Part shown: piece after piece, positions 47,230 through 56,505 of the stretch
Layout: each line of letters opens with the position of its first letter
How positions within the stretch are numbered: position 1 is the stretch's first letter
Source of the DNA: Candidatus Doudnabacteria bacterium RIFCSPHIGHO2_02_FULL_43_13b
GTDB lineage: Bacteria > Patescibacteriota > Doudnabacteria > UBA920 > O2-02-FULL-48-8
Reading direction: 5' to 3'
Length of the DNA stretch: 64,000 bases
Assembly (NCBI GenBank): GCA_001777655.1
Contig: MFER01000013.1
Span: forward strand, 2,619 to 66,618
Position numbers and translations under genes: made by a program
The notes under the pieces: model-generated
What the model was told of the DNA's origin: nothing
The model's database searches: none
Seen by the model: the letters and a program-made list of their open reading frames with translations, nothing else

Positions 47230-47979
47230 TTATTTCCGAAACAAGGGCAAGACGGCGCCAATTATTCCTGCGTGCTTGAGTTGGGAAATCTTAACGAGAG
47301 TTTTGATTTGGAAACGCTGATTGTTTCTAATCAGTTCATCAAATAACTGTTGCATACCCTTCAGTCTCGACCAGCCCCCGCCAACAATGATTATTTCTGG
47401 GTCGAACGATCGGGTAATGAAATATAATAATAATTCCAAATACTTGCGGGCGTATCTGGCGTTTTTAAAATTACCCGCCCGTTTCACATACTGCTCGAAG
47501 GTTTTTCCATTCGGAATCACAAAGTGTCCCATTTCGCCGGCGATCGAATTCGCACCAAAATAAATTTTCTTATTCATGACAATCCCCACCCCAATGCCGG
47601 TGCCTAAAATAACACCCACGACAATATTAAATTTTTTTCCGCTACCCAGAATCGCTTCCGCCAAAGCAAACGCTTTCGCGTCATTCATCACATTAACCGG
47701 AACACAAAACTTTTTTTGGAATACTTGTTTTAAATTAACCAACTTTAGATGTTGAATATTCGGCAGATGAACTACTAAGCCAGAAGATAAGACCTGACCA
47801 GGAACCCCGATCCCAATCGCATCAAAATTATGATAAGACAAAACCAGATCCCGAAGCTGGCTAATCAGATCCGTCTGAGAAGTGCGCAAAACCTTAATTT
47901 TGCTGACTCGAAAGGACTTATCCACAAGACCTGCAGCGATTTTCGTCCCCCCCACATCAATCCCTAGAATTTGTTTCAT
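47230..47979 (-). CDS. ROK family protein
   Basis: GIDVGGTK, NDA, LGTGIG, GEMGH. Confidence 0.9.
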   Translation of the reverse strand: MKQILGIDVGGTKIAAGLVDKSFRVSKIKVLRTSQTDLISQLRDLVLSYHNFDAIGIGVPGQVLSSGLVVHLPNIQHLKLVNLKQVFQKKFCVPVNVMNDAKAFALAEAILGSGKKFNIVVGVILGTGIGVGIVMNKKIYFGANSIAGEMGHFVIPNGKTFEQYVKRAGNFKNARYARKYLELLLYFITRSFDPEIIIVGGGWSRLKGMQQLFDELIRNNQRFQIKTLVKISQLKHAGIIGAVLPLFRK

Positions 47980-48395
47980 AATTCTATTTTATCACTCGCG
48001 GAACTATTAGTTAACAATAACAAAAATAGTCCCAATGCAATCAACACATCAGCAAAGTTAAAAGTAAATGCCCAGCCCAAATCTAAAAAGTCTCGAACGT
48101 AACCAAGGTAGATCCTGTCGGCGAGGTTTGAAATCGCGCCGGCAAAAATCAAAACCGCTGACGATTGTCCGAGGAATTTCAAACCGCGACGGTGCTTGAA
48201 ATAATAATAAATAAAAAATCCCAGGGCAGCCAGGATGATTATTAAATTATTAAGTAGACCAAAGTTAAAGGAAAAAAATATCCCGAAATTTTTTACTGGG
48301 TGAATATGAAGCAAGCCTATAAAAAAATCACGACCCCAGAAAATTAGCTTCGTGATTTGATCAAGTAAAATTAAAAGAAAAATTTTCCTGTGCAT
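47976..48395 (-). CDS. lspA: signal peptidase II
   Basis: DQITK, N.G, GA.SN..DR...GYVRDF, FN.AD. Confidence 0.85.
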   Translation of the reverse strand: MHRKIFLLILLDQITKLIFWGRDFFIGLLHIHPVKNFGIFFSFNFGLLNNLIIILAALGFFIYYYFKHRRGLKFLGQSSAVLIFAGAISNLADRIYLGYVRDFLDLGWAFTFNFADVLIALGLFLLLLTNSSASDKIEL

Positions 48396-48400
48396 CAAAA

Positions 48401-48757
48401 CTATTTACTATGTTTGATGCAAGTCTCCGCCGCCGGCTCAGCTCGGAGTCTGGCCTCATCGATATCGTCTCCCCCCACACATTTACCATATGATCCATCG
48501 GCAATCCGTTTTAGCGCGGCCTCAACTTTCGTAAGACGCGCTTCCAAATCTTGACTTAGTGAAAGATCGTTGGCGAACTGTTCAACCTCGGAAGCGTTCT
48601 CGCCTTCTTCACTGCCAAGTTCGGTAAAGGTAGGTTTATATTCGCCGGGAAATTCTCCCTTCCCTTCAAGCTTGCCTTCGTGGCCAAGAGTTATTCGCAG
48701 TTGTTTTTGCTCTGCTAGTAGTTTGACCTTGTTTTCTTCCATTAGTGATTTATTCAT
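48401..48757 (-). CDS. TraR/DksA family protein
   Basis: ALKRI.DGSYG.C...I.EARL.A.P.A..C. Confidence 0.85.
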   Translation of the reverse strand: MNKSLMEENKVKLLAEQKQLRITLGHEGKLEGKGEFPGEYKPTFTELGSEEGENASEVEQFANDLSLSQDLEARLTKVEAALKRIADGSYGKCVGGDDIDEARLRAEPAAETCIKHSK

Positions 48758-48847
48758 ATGTCATCATTATATCAAGCGTTTAAATTTTTAGCCAAGTCCG
48801 ACGCTAGGTCGGACTTGCTCCGACTCGATAACCCGACGTCGGAGCAA

Positions 48848-49305
48848 CAAAAAAAGCCTAGGTTCAACTTTGGCTCTGTATGTCAACTAACTATTTAGTG
48901 GATACAGAGCGGATCATACCGCCCGTAAATAAAATATTATGTGACGAGATCCGCCCTGTGAGCGGCTTCTACTGAAGCTCGTCCCCGCTTATCCAAAAAA
49001 GGAAAAGCAGAGGCCAACATTCATATTGTAGATGCCGTAGAAAGAACGCCTATATATCTAACCGCTATATAAGTGTGAGGTTCTTCACTGTTCTTGTGGT
49101 CGCTTGCGCAACCTAACAAACTTTTGTTTTGTATTTATTTTATTTTATATACAAAGATTTTTGTTTTTGTTTTACAGTCAGCTGGGTTAGAACAGCTATG
49201 ACGAATAGTGGAGAACGCCAAAGGCTCAATTTTTAAGCATTTGGCTTTCTCCGCTACCTGTCCCGCCGCTGGCGGGACCCTTTTGTATTTATTTTTCAAA
49301 GTTCT
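48848..49305 (-). ncRNA. candidate structured non-coding RNA of about 460 nt
   Basis: TTGACA-17-TAAAAT promoter at 49312-49340, several helices, AGCC/GGCT + U7 terminator, no ORF. Confidence 0.5.
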
Positions 49306-49474
49306 ACGACTATTTTAGCAAAAAAATCGCGCTTTGTCAACTTTTGGATTTAAACAAGACGAAAATAATAAAAACCTCAGCAATTCTTGAGGTTTTTATT
49401 TGGCATTGGTCCCCACTTCCGCAGGAATGGACGCTGACGCGTCCACTTATTCACACCTTTAGAGCACAATTTGC

Positions 49475-50506
49475 CTACTCCGCTTCGGAAAGTGCCAAGT
49501 CTGAATCTTTGGCCTTCTTCCGCACCGTTGTTTCGATCTCGGTCACCGTTTTCGGGTTATCTTTCAAGAAATTTTTGGCATTTTCACGGCCCACCCCAAG
49601 TTTCATCTCCCCAAAACTGTAAGTATTGCCGGTTTTAGTCACCACATTATGAATCGTGGCCGTATCAAGAAGATCCCCCAGGAAAGAAATACCGCCTTCG
49701 CCAAACATAATGTCGAATTCCGTGGATTTGAAAGGCGCGGCGACTTTATTTTTCACAATTTTCGCTTTCACCCGGTTACCGACAATATTTTCGCCTTGTT
49801 TGATCTGAGCAAGCCGGCGAACTTCGATTCGAACCGAGGAATAAAATTTCAACGCCTGCCCGCCAGTCGTAGTTTCGGGATTGCCAAACATCACGCCGAT
49901 CTTCATGCGAATCTGATTGATAAAAATCACAGTGCTTTTCGACTTTGAAATAATCGCGGTTAATTTTCTTAAAGCCTGACTCATGAGTCTCGCGTGAAGT
50001 CCCATGTGTGAGTCGCCCATTTCTCCTTCAATCTCCGCGCGCGGTGTGAGAGCGGCGACAGAATCTACCACAATAATGTCGACACTGTTGGAACGAACCA
50101 ATGCTTCCACGATATCGAGCGCTTGCTCGCCGTTGTCTGGTTGTGAAATTAGAAGTTTGTCAATTTTCACGCCCACGGCTTTGGCGCGTTCTGGATCAAG
50201 CGCGTGCTCGGCATCGACAAACGCGGCCACCCCGCCTTCTTTCTGAACTTCAGCCACGATGTGTTCAGCTAAGGTAGTCTTGCCAGATCCTTCTGGTCCA
50301 TAAATTTCAATAACCCTGCCTTTCGGGATTCCGCCCACACCGAGTGCTAAATCCAGAGAAAGACAACCCGTTGAGACAACTTCAACGTTCATGGCTTTGT
50401 TTTTTTGCAAAGTCATAATTGAGCCTTCACCAAACTTATCTCGAATCCCCGCGAGTGCTTCTTCTAAATTACTACTGTCAGCGATTTTGTTTGAACCCTT
50501 AGCCAT
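49475..50506 (-). CDS. recA: recombinase RecA
   Basis: [32 protein letters not shown]. Confidence 0.97.
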   Translation of the reverse strand: MAKGSNKIADSSNLEEALAGIRDKFGEGSIMTLQKNKAMNVEVVSTGCLSLDLALGVGGIPKGRVIEIYGPEGSGKTTLAEHIVAEVQKEGGVAAFVDAEHALDPERAKAVGVKIDKLLISQPDNGEQALDIVEALVRSNSVDIIVVDSVAALTPRAEIEGEMGDSHMGLHARLMSQALRKLTAIISKSKSTVIFINQIRMKIGVMFGNPETTTGGQALKFYSSVRIEVRRLAQIKQGENIVGNRVKAKIVKNKVAAPFKSTEFDIMFGEGGISFLGDLLDTATIHNVVTKTGNTYSFGEMKLGVGRENAKNFLKDNPKTVTEIETTVRKKAKDSDLALSEAE

Positions 50507-50534
50507 ACGTTCCCTTTCTTAAATAATTATAAAC

Positions 50535-51464
50535 CTATTGCGATCGAAATTCAACGTTGCGGATCACTTCGCCTTCCCGGCCCAACTTCCCTAAATCTTT
50601 TCCATTATATACCACCACGGTTGAACCAGCATTAGCTGAGGTCAGCAGGATATCGATTTTCGCCGTCACGGTTCTACTAGAACCGGCCAACATGGTACCG
50701 CGCTGAACTACCACTCCATCAGCTTCCAGATAAACCCAGGCGCTGCCGGGACCAATATTAATTGTGATATTAACCGAACTGGGTGGAGTAGTTGGAACGG
50801 TCTGGGTTTGGCTATTTATCTGTCGGGTGATTTTACTGATTTTGCCAAACTTATTTTGACTGGAAATTTCCACAATATTTAAGCCCGGGCTTAACAGCAA
50901 ATTTTCGCTAAATTGGCCTGAGGAATCAGCTAAAACCTGTTGATTATTGATAAAAACATCTGCTCCAATTTCTGTTTTACCAGAAACCACGAGACTATTA
51001 CCATCAATAGTCAAATCAGAGCCCGGTTCAACAATTTCTAAAAAAGGAGGGGCAAGTACCGAACGGACTTGGTTGCCCACATACAATAAAGCAACCAGCC
51101 CTATGAGCAAACTGGATCCAATAATTAAAGTTTTGGGTGTTAAGACTGATTCAGTTCGGACTTTAGGTTTATGTTTTTGGGTGATGGGTTCAATTCCTCG
51201 TTCTTTTTCATATTGGTCAATTAAGATCTGTTCTTTAATTCGATAAAGTTGCGACAGACTTTTTAAAAAACCTCGAATATAAACTTCAGCCGGAAGCTTC
51301 GAATAATTTCCTGCTTCTAAATCCTCCAAGTAACTAAGTTTAATTTGGGACAGCAAACTGACAGTCTTTAGATCAAGATTTAATTGTTTTCGAACCAAAA
51401 CAAGATATTCCCCTAAAGTATCGATCTTAACGGTTTTGGTTTGAAATAAAGCGGCTTCGGCCAT
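50535..51464 (-). CDS. RodZ-like HTH-TM protein
   Basis: LGEYL..R, YL..LE.G....LP..VY.RGF; C-terminal NAG..LG motif. Confidence 0.8.
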   Translation of the reverse strand: MAEAALFQTKTVKIDTLGEYLVLVRKQLNLDLKTVSLLSQIKLSYLEDLEAGNYSKLPAEVYIRGFLKSLSQLYRIKEQILIDQYEKERGIEPITQKHKPKVRTESVLTPKTLIIGSSLLIGLVALLYVGNQVRSVLAPPFLEIVEPGSDLTIDGNSLVVSGKTEIGADVFINNQQVLADSSGQFSENLLLSPGLNIVEISSQNKFGKISKITRQINSQTQTVPTTPPSSVNITINIGPGSAWVYLEADGVVVQRGTMLAGSSRTVTAKIDILLTSANAGSTVVVYNGKDLGKLGREGEVIRNVEFRSQ

Positions 51465-51506
51465 ATTGTATAGATCCTGAATCAAGTTCAGGGTGACGCT
51501 ATCGCG

Positions 51507-52508
51507 TCATTTTTTATTGATCAAATTAACAATTAGTTTAATCATGATGTCTTTTTGCGCCGGCTTGGATTCCGCCACTAACAAAGTAATGGCAGTGAGC
51601 GCCGTGTCATTAATCTTACGTTCGCCTTTTTTATTAACTAAATAATTATTCTGTACTAAAAACAAAATAAATAACAAAGCGCCAATGCGTTTGTTGCCAT
51701 CAATGAATGGATGATTTTTCACTGCAAAGTATAAGAGATGCGCTGCTTTCTCATCCAATGTTGGATAGACATCTTTCCCGCCGAAAGTTTGTCGAAGGTT
51801 TCCAAGCAGTGACAATAATTTTTCAGAAACTTCCTGACCGAACAAATCACTAACTTCTTTTTCTTTCATCAATCTGGTGCGGAAACGCTCAATCGCCTTT
51901 TTCACTTCCGTATGATCGAGGTGCTTGATTTCTTTTTTCTTTGCGCCCTCGAGCACCAACGTTCCGGAATCAAAATTATACAAAGTTAGCCAGGTATTAG
52001 TGTAGTCGGTAATAATCTTCAACAAATCTTTTTCATATCCTTCGAGTCTGTGCACTTCCAAGGCTTGCTGCATGAGACTAATAGCTCCTTGCAATTCTTT
52101 AAACTTCAATTCTTCGTTTTCCTTAAGCCGCTTGTCGTTGATCAAGTAACCCTTGAGAATATAGTCCCGCAGATGCTTGGTCGCCCAAATACGAAACTGG
52201 GTCGCACGTTTAGAATTAACTCTATAACCGATAGAAATAATAGCATCCAGGTTATAGTATTGGACTTTATATGTTTTTCCGTCTGCAGCAGTATGTTCCA
52301 AAATGGAACTAACTGAATTTTGGCTAACCTCAGCACTTTTAAAGATATTATTTAAATGTTTTGTTATAGCTGGCCTTTGGGTACCAAATAGTTCAGCTAT
52401 TTGGTCTTGGTTCAGCCACACTGACTCATCCTTAACAATAACCCTAAGTTCTGGGCCTTCTTCAGCTTTATAGAGTATTATTTCCCCTTTATTTTCAGTG
52501 TTTTCCAT
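51507..52508 (-). CDS. RhuM + Fic/Doc domain protein
   Basis: YNLDAIISIGYRVNS..ATQFRIWA; HPFIDGNKR. Confidence 0.9.
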   Translation of the reverse strand: MENTENKGEIILYKAEEGPELRVIVKDESVWLNQDQIAELFGTQRPAITKHLNNIFKSAEVSQNSVSSILEHTAADGKTYKVQYYNLDAIISIGYRVNSKRATQFRIWATKHLRDYILKGYLINDKRLKENEELKFKELQGAISLMQQALEVHRLEGYEKDLLKIITDYTNTWLTLYNFDSGTLVLEGAKKKEIKHLDHTEVKKAIERFRTRLMKEKEVSDLFGQEVSEKLLSLLGNLRQTFGGKDVYPTLDEKAAHLLYFAVKNHPFIDGNKRIGALLFILFLVQNNYLVNKKGERKINDTALTAITLLVAESKPAQKDIMIKLIVNLINKK

Positions 52509-52587
52509 AATATTATAATCCTAATGACCCGAATGGATTATATCAAATCTGTGAATTTATTGAGAAAAATAGAAAAGCGGCTTTTTC

Positions 52588-52655
52588 AGTCCGTTAGAAG
52601 TAAGTCACCCTCGGGTGACTGCCGACACGATATCGTGTCGGACTTCTAACGGACT
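52588..52655. repeat. CCGTTAGAA-family cruciform element
   Basis: AGTCCGTTAGAAGT/ACTTCTAACGGACT ends with two internal hairpins. Confidence 0.7.
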
Positions 52656-52737
52656 ATAGCCGCCTTCTGTCCGCCGAAGCTTTATGCGTAGGCGGATCGA
52701 ATAAATAAAGTCTAAACCGAAGCTAAAAAGTTGTCAA

Positions 52738-52883
52738 CCCAGTATATCAACTTCGATAATGGTTTTTGTTTTGCTTTTGCCTAAAGACTAAATTTATTTA
52801 ATCTCTTTAACCGATAATATATAGTTTAATTTTAAATAATCAAAAACCATTAAAGGCAAAAGCATCGAAGTTGTATTACTCGG
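52738..52883. mobile_element. ORF-less relative of the GIY-YIG element
   Basis: CCCAGTATATCAACTT / AAGTTGTATTACTCGG ends; TCAA at 52734-37 and 52884-87. Confidence 0.72.
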
Positions 52884-52892
52884 TCAACTTAT

Positions 52893-55091
52893 CTATTCAT
52901 CCTCATAACGTCCCTTTTGCGATTTCTCGAATTCGGCCGCTTCATCTGATTCATCAGATTTTTCTGATACTCCATAAACTTCCCGCGGCTTGGCTCCTTC
53001 GCCTGGACCGATTACTCCTTGTTCTTCCAACATATCAAGCAACCGGGCAGCACGAGCATAACCAACTCTTAACCGTCGCTGCAAGAGAGAAGCCGAGGCT
53101 TTCTTAGCAGCGCGCACAACCTCCATCGCTTCCGAAAGCAACTCGTCATCATCATCGTTTGAATTGTCAAATCCAGGAATTAAAACGTCACGTTGTGGTT
53201 TTTGGGTTATCTGCTCGTCATAACTAATGCTGCCGGATTCGTCTTTAATAAATCCAACCACTTTTTTGATTTCTTTCTCACTAACAAACGAGCCTTGGAT
53301 GCGTTTCGGTTTTGACAGTTCTGCTGTTATGTATAACATATCTCCGGAACCTAATAACTTTTCGGCCCCAGCGATGTCCAAAATAGTTCGCGAATCAACT
53401 TGGCTGGCCACGGCAAAGGCCATTCGAGCCGTAATATTGGCTTTAATAAGTCCAGTAATCACGTCGACTGACGGTCGTTGAGTCGCCACCACCAAATGAA
53501 TACCCACCGCTCTAGCCATCTGAGCCAACCGAACAATTGCAGCTTCCACATCATTTTGAGCGACGCTCATCAAATCGGCCAACTCATCAACCACGACTAG
53601 AATGTAGGGCAAATGAATTAATGTCGAATTATTGTATTCCGAAATGTTTCGTTTATGAACTTCAGATAATAATTTGTAGCGCCGGTCCATTTCAGCCACT
53701 GTCCATTTGAGAGCATTGACGGCTTTTTGATGATCGATAATTACTGGAGTTAATAAGTGCGGCAGATTATTATACAAATTTAACTCAACCCGTTTTGGAT
53801 CAATGATGATAAATTTTAATTCTTGGGGAGTGGTCCGATACAAAAAACTCATAAGGATGGAGTTAATTGCTACTGATTTACCGGTGCCGGTAGCGCCGGC
53901 AATCAGCAAGTGCGGCATTCTAGCCAAATCAGCCACCATGGGATGTCCGGCCACGTCACGACCCAGGGCGAAAGCAAGCTTGGAAGAATTTTCAACAAAG
54001 ATTGGATGACCAATAATTTCTTTAATATGAACAGACGCCTTAGAAACATTCGGAATCTCAATTCCCACCAAGGCTTTCCCTGGAATCGGCAACTCCATTC
54101 GCAAAGAGCTGGCAGCCAGCGCTAATGCTAAATCATTTTGTAGGCTGGCAATTTGAGAAAGTTTGACTCCCACCGCGGGTCGAAAAGTATACTGCGTCAC
54201 TGTTGGACCGACGTTCACTTCTCCCATCTCAACCTCAATGCCAAAATCATTCAGAGTCTTTTGAATGATGGCAACATTGACCTCAATATTACCTGAATCA
54301 ACTTTGGTCTTAACGTCTTCCAAAAGCTCAAGGGGTGGAAATTTCCAATTTTTATCAATCGGTCCGGCAAGTTTAATCTTTTTCCCCACTTTTAATTCAT
54401 CCAGTCCGTTAACAGTCACTTCTCCTCTATCTTTCATGGCGCGATTTACCTCACCCACAGCTTCTTTGGTAAAACCAGCGTTCACCGCATTATTGATCTT
54501 TAACTGCCCATTAGTTTTAATCGCCGTTTGCCCAATTGACTCACTTTTTCTAAACAACCCAAAAAATGAAATATTAAAGGTAACCAGCACGGAAATAATA
54601 ATGCCAGCTAATAATACAATCAAACTGGCCAAAAAACCCATCAACTGAATAAGTGGATAGCTGGTTATTACCCCCAAATATCCACCACCCGAGCCTTCTT
54701 TTACTACCTCAAAAGCAGCCGCTGTGTCGCTGCGAATAACCAAAAGGTGCAAAAAGCCGGTCAAAGTTAAGGTTAACAACACTGCCCCGACATACGCATG
54801 GGTTGAAACCGAAGATGGTTCCGCTTCTGGGTTTTTCTGAATCAAGGCCGCTGCAACAATTAAAAAAATCACTGGAACTAAATAAGCCACCCAGCCGAAG
54901 GCCAGTTTTAGTACTTGATTCGCAACGTTGCCAAATGGCCCGGCCAACCCAATCAAGCTTAAACTAAACAACAGAGCTAAAAGCACAAATAATACAATCG
55001 CAACACCTTTGCGGGTGTCTTGTTTTAAATTTAACTGCGGTCGCTTAAACGGAACAAAGTCCGATGGATCTTGGTGTTTTTTTCTGGCCAT
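52893..55091 (-). CDS. ftsK: DNA translocase FtsK/SpoIIIE
   Basis: 4TM N-terminus, PHLLIAGATGTGKS, VDELADLM, ATQRPS, gamma domain LQRRLRVGYARA. Confidence 0.96.
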   Translation of the reverse strand: MARKKHQDPSDFVPFKRPQLNLKQDTRKGVAIVLFVLLALLFSLSLIGLAGPFGNVANQVLKLAFGWVAYLVPVIFLIVAAALIQKNPEAEPSSVSTHAYVGAVLLTLTLTGFLHLLVIRSDTAAAFEVVKEGSGGGYLGVITSYPLIQLMGFLASLIVLLAGIIISVLVTFNISFFGLFRKSESIGQTAIKTNGQLKINNAVNAGFTKEAVGEVNRAMKDRGEVTVNGLDELKVGKKIKLAGPIDKNWKFPPLELLEDVKTKVDSGNIEVNVAIIQKTLNDFGIEVEMGEVNVGPTVTQYTFRPAVGVKLSQIASLQNDLALALAASSLRMELPIPGKALVGIEIPNVSKASVHIKEIIGHPIFVENSSKLAFALGRDVAGHPMVADLARMPHLLIAGATGTGKSVAINSILMSFLYRTTPQELKFIIIDPKRVELNLYNNLPHLLTPVIIDHQKAVNALKWTVAEMDRRYKLLSEVHKRNISEYNNSTLIHLPYILVVVDELADLMSVAQNDVEAAIVRLAQMARAVGIHLVVATQRPSVDVITGLIKANITARMAFAVASQVDSRTILDIAGAEKLLGSGDMLYITAELSKPKRIQGSFVSEKEIKKVVGFIKDESGSISYDEQITQKPQRDVLIPGFDNSNDDDDELLSEAMEVVRAAKKASASLLQRRLRVGYARAARLLDMLEEQGVIGPGEGAKPREVYGVSEKSDESDEAAEFEKSQKGRYEDE

Positions 55092-55092
55092 A

Positions 55093-55189
55093 CCAGGTAG
55101 TAGAAATTTGATTAATGCGTAAAATTAGGCCAGGGTTTCTTTAACTAATTTCGCTCAGCGAAATTAGTTATCAAATTTTCACCACCTGG
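55093..55189. mobile_element. start-codon inverted-repeat element (ftsK copy)
   Basis: CCAGGTAGT...ACCACCTGG; CATA at 55089-92 and 55190-93; internal hairpin. Confidence 0.7.
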
Positions 55190-55227
55190 CATAAATGTTA
55201 AAATCGCTGATTAATTTTAACACAATG

Positions 55228-56178
55228 CTAACTGATCCGCCAAGCATTTCCCTCCCGTCGCAGCTTCCCTTTGATTTTAAATCCGGAGGCCAATTTATGC
55301 CCGCCGCCGCCGAAAGATTTGGCGATTTTTGAAACATCAACTTTTTTATGCGGCTCGGAACGTAAACTACCTTTAACTGTATCACCATCCTGGCGCAACA
55401 AGAGCGAAAACCGAGCCTGGGGCATATTATTTAAAAGTTCTACAAACCCGTCTAAATCTTCATCCGACGCTCCGATTTCTTTTAAGTCCTCTTCCGTCAA
55501 AACCGAAAACACCATTCTTTTTTCCGGATCAAACCGGGCATTTTCCAAACCCCGAGACCACGCCTTGATCGCCGATGGTCTTTTTCGTCCCATAGTTTGC
55601 AGCGCGATTTTATCGATCCTTGCCCCTTTTTTTAAAAGCTCGGCGGCAACCTCCAACGCTTCCGCGGAAGTATTCGCATGTTTAAAGCCGCCAGTATCGG
55701 TAAAAATTCCGGTTAGCAAATTAGTAGCGATTTCTTTATTAATCTGGGCTTGGGTGAATAATAAAAAATAATAAATTAATTCAGCAACCGCGGATGTTGT
55801 CGGGTCAACAACGTTTACCGCGCCAAAATTAGTATTGTCAGGATGATGGTCAAAATTAATTATAAAACCTTGAAAGGAAAGCAACTGGGGAAACCCAGGC
55901 CTGTCGAGTTTATTACAGCCAAAAGTAATCACCAAATCAATATAATCACTAGGGAATTCCTCTTCCACTTCGTCGCTTCCCGGTAAAAATACCAGATTCT
56001 TTGGAATTCCCCCTTTCACTGCCGCAAAAACCTCTTTATTAATTTGTTCCAAATAATTTTTCAAAGCCAGCAGACTACCCAAATCATCTCCATCGGTGCC
56101 TTCGTGGGTGGTTAGAAAAATTTTATGCGACTGCTTGATCAAATCCAGGGCTTTGATAAAATCCTGTTTATTCCTCAT
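55228..56178 (-). CDS. nrnA: DHH-family oligoribonuclease/pAp phosphatase
   Basis: H...DGD, DHH, TDTG.F, SLRS, GGGGH. Confidence 0.88.
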   Translation of the reverse strand: MRNKQDFIKALDLIKQSHKIFLTTHEGTDGDDLGSLLALKNYLEQINKEVFAAVKGGIPKNLVFLPGSDEVEEEFPSDYIDLVITFGCNKLDRPGFPQLLSFQGFIINFDHHPDNTNFGAVNVVDPTTSAVAELIYYFLLFTQAQINKEIATNLLTGIFTDTGGFKHANTSAEALEVAAELLKKGARIDKIALQTMGRKRPSAIKAWSRGLENARFDPEKRMVFSVLTEEDLKEIGASDEDLDGFVELLNNMPQARFSLLLRQDGDTVKGSLRSEPHKKVDVSKIAKSFGGGGHKLASGFKIKGKLRREGNAWRIS

Positions 56179-56500
56179 GGGTTTTACGAATCAATTCATT
56201 AATATGCGAAGCATATTCTTCGGCGTGGTCTAACACGAATGAGACTTTGGGAATAATTTTCATTCTTAGTTGGTGTAAAAGTTCCTCTTGTAAATCAAAT
56301 AAATCGGCTGATATGCGCTTTAAGGTTTCTTGTTGGGCCGCGGGCGGGCCCATGATCGTAACCCAAACCTTGCACCACTTCAAATCAGATGTGACCTCCA
56401 CTTTACTGATAGTAGTTAAAAAAGGAAGTTCCAGTCGCAACAAATATTCTCCAATAACTTTATGCATCAACGCTGAAACCTTTTTAGTTCTTCTTGTCAT
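56168..56500 (-). CDS. rbfA: ribosome-binding factor A
   Basis: V.VTSDL..KVWV, IPK..F..D; follows infB. Confidence 0.85.
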   Translation of the reverse strand: MTRRTKKVSALMHKVIGEYLLRLELPFLTTISKVEVTSDLKWCKVWVTIMGPPAAQQETLKRISADLFDLQEELLHQLRMKIIPKVSFVLDHAEEYASHINELIRKTHEE

Positions 56501-56505
56501 AAGTA

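Noticed and set aside
48848-49305. tmRNA or RNase P RNA
   Set aside because: No tRNA-like T-arm/acceptor ends or Ala-ending tag frame, and no GAGGAAAGUC P4 motif found on either strand by eye.
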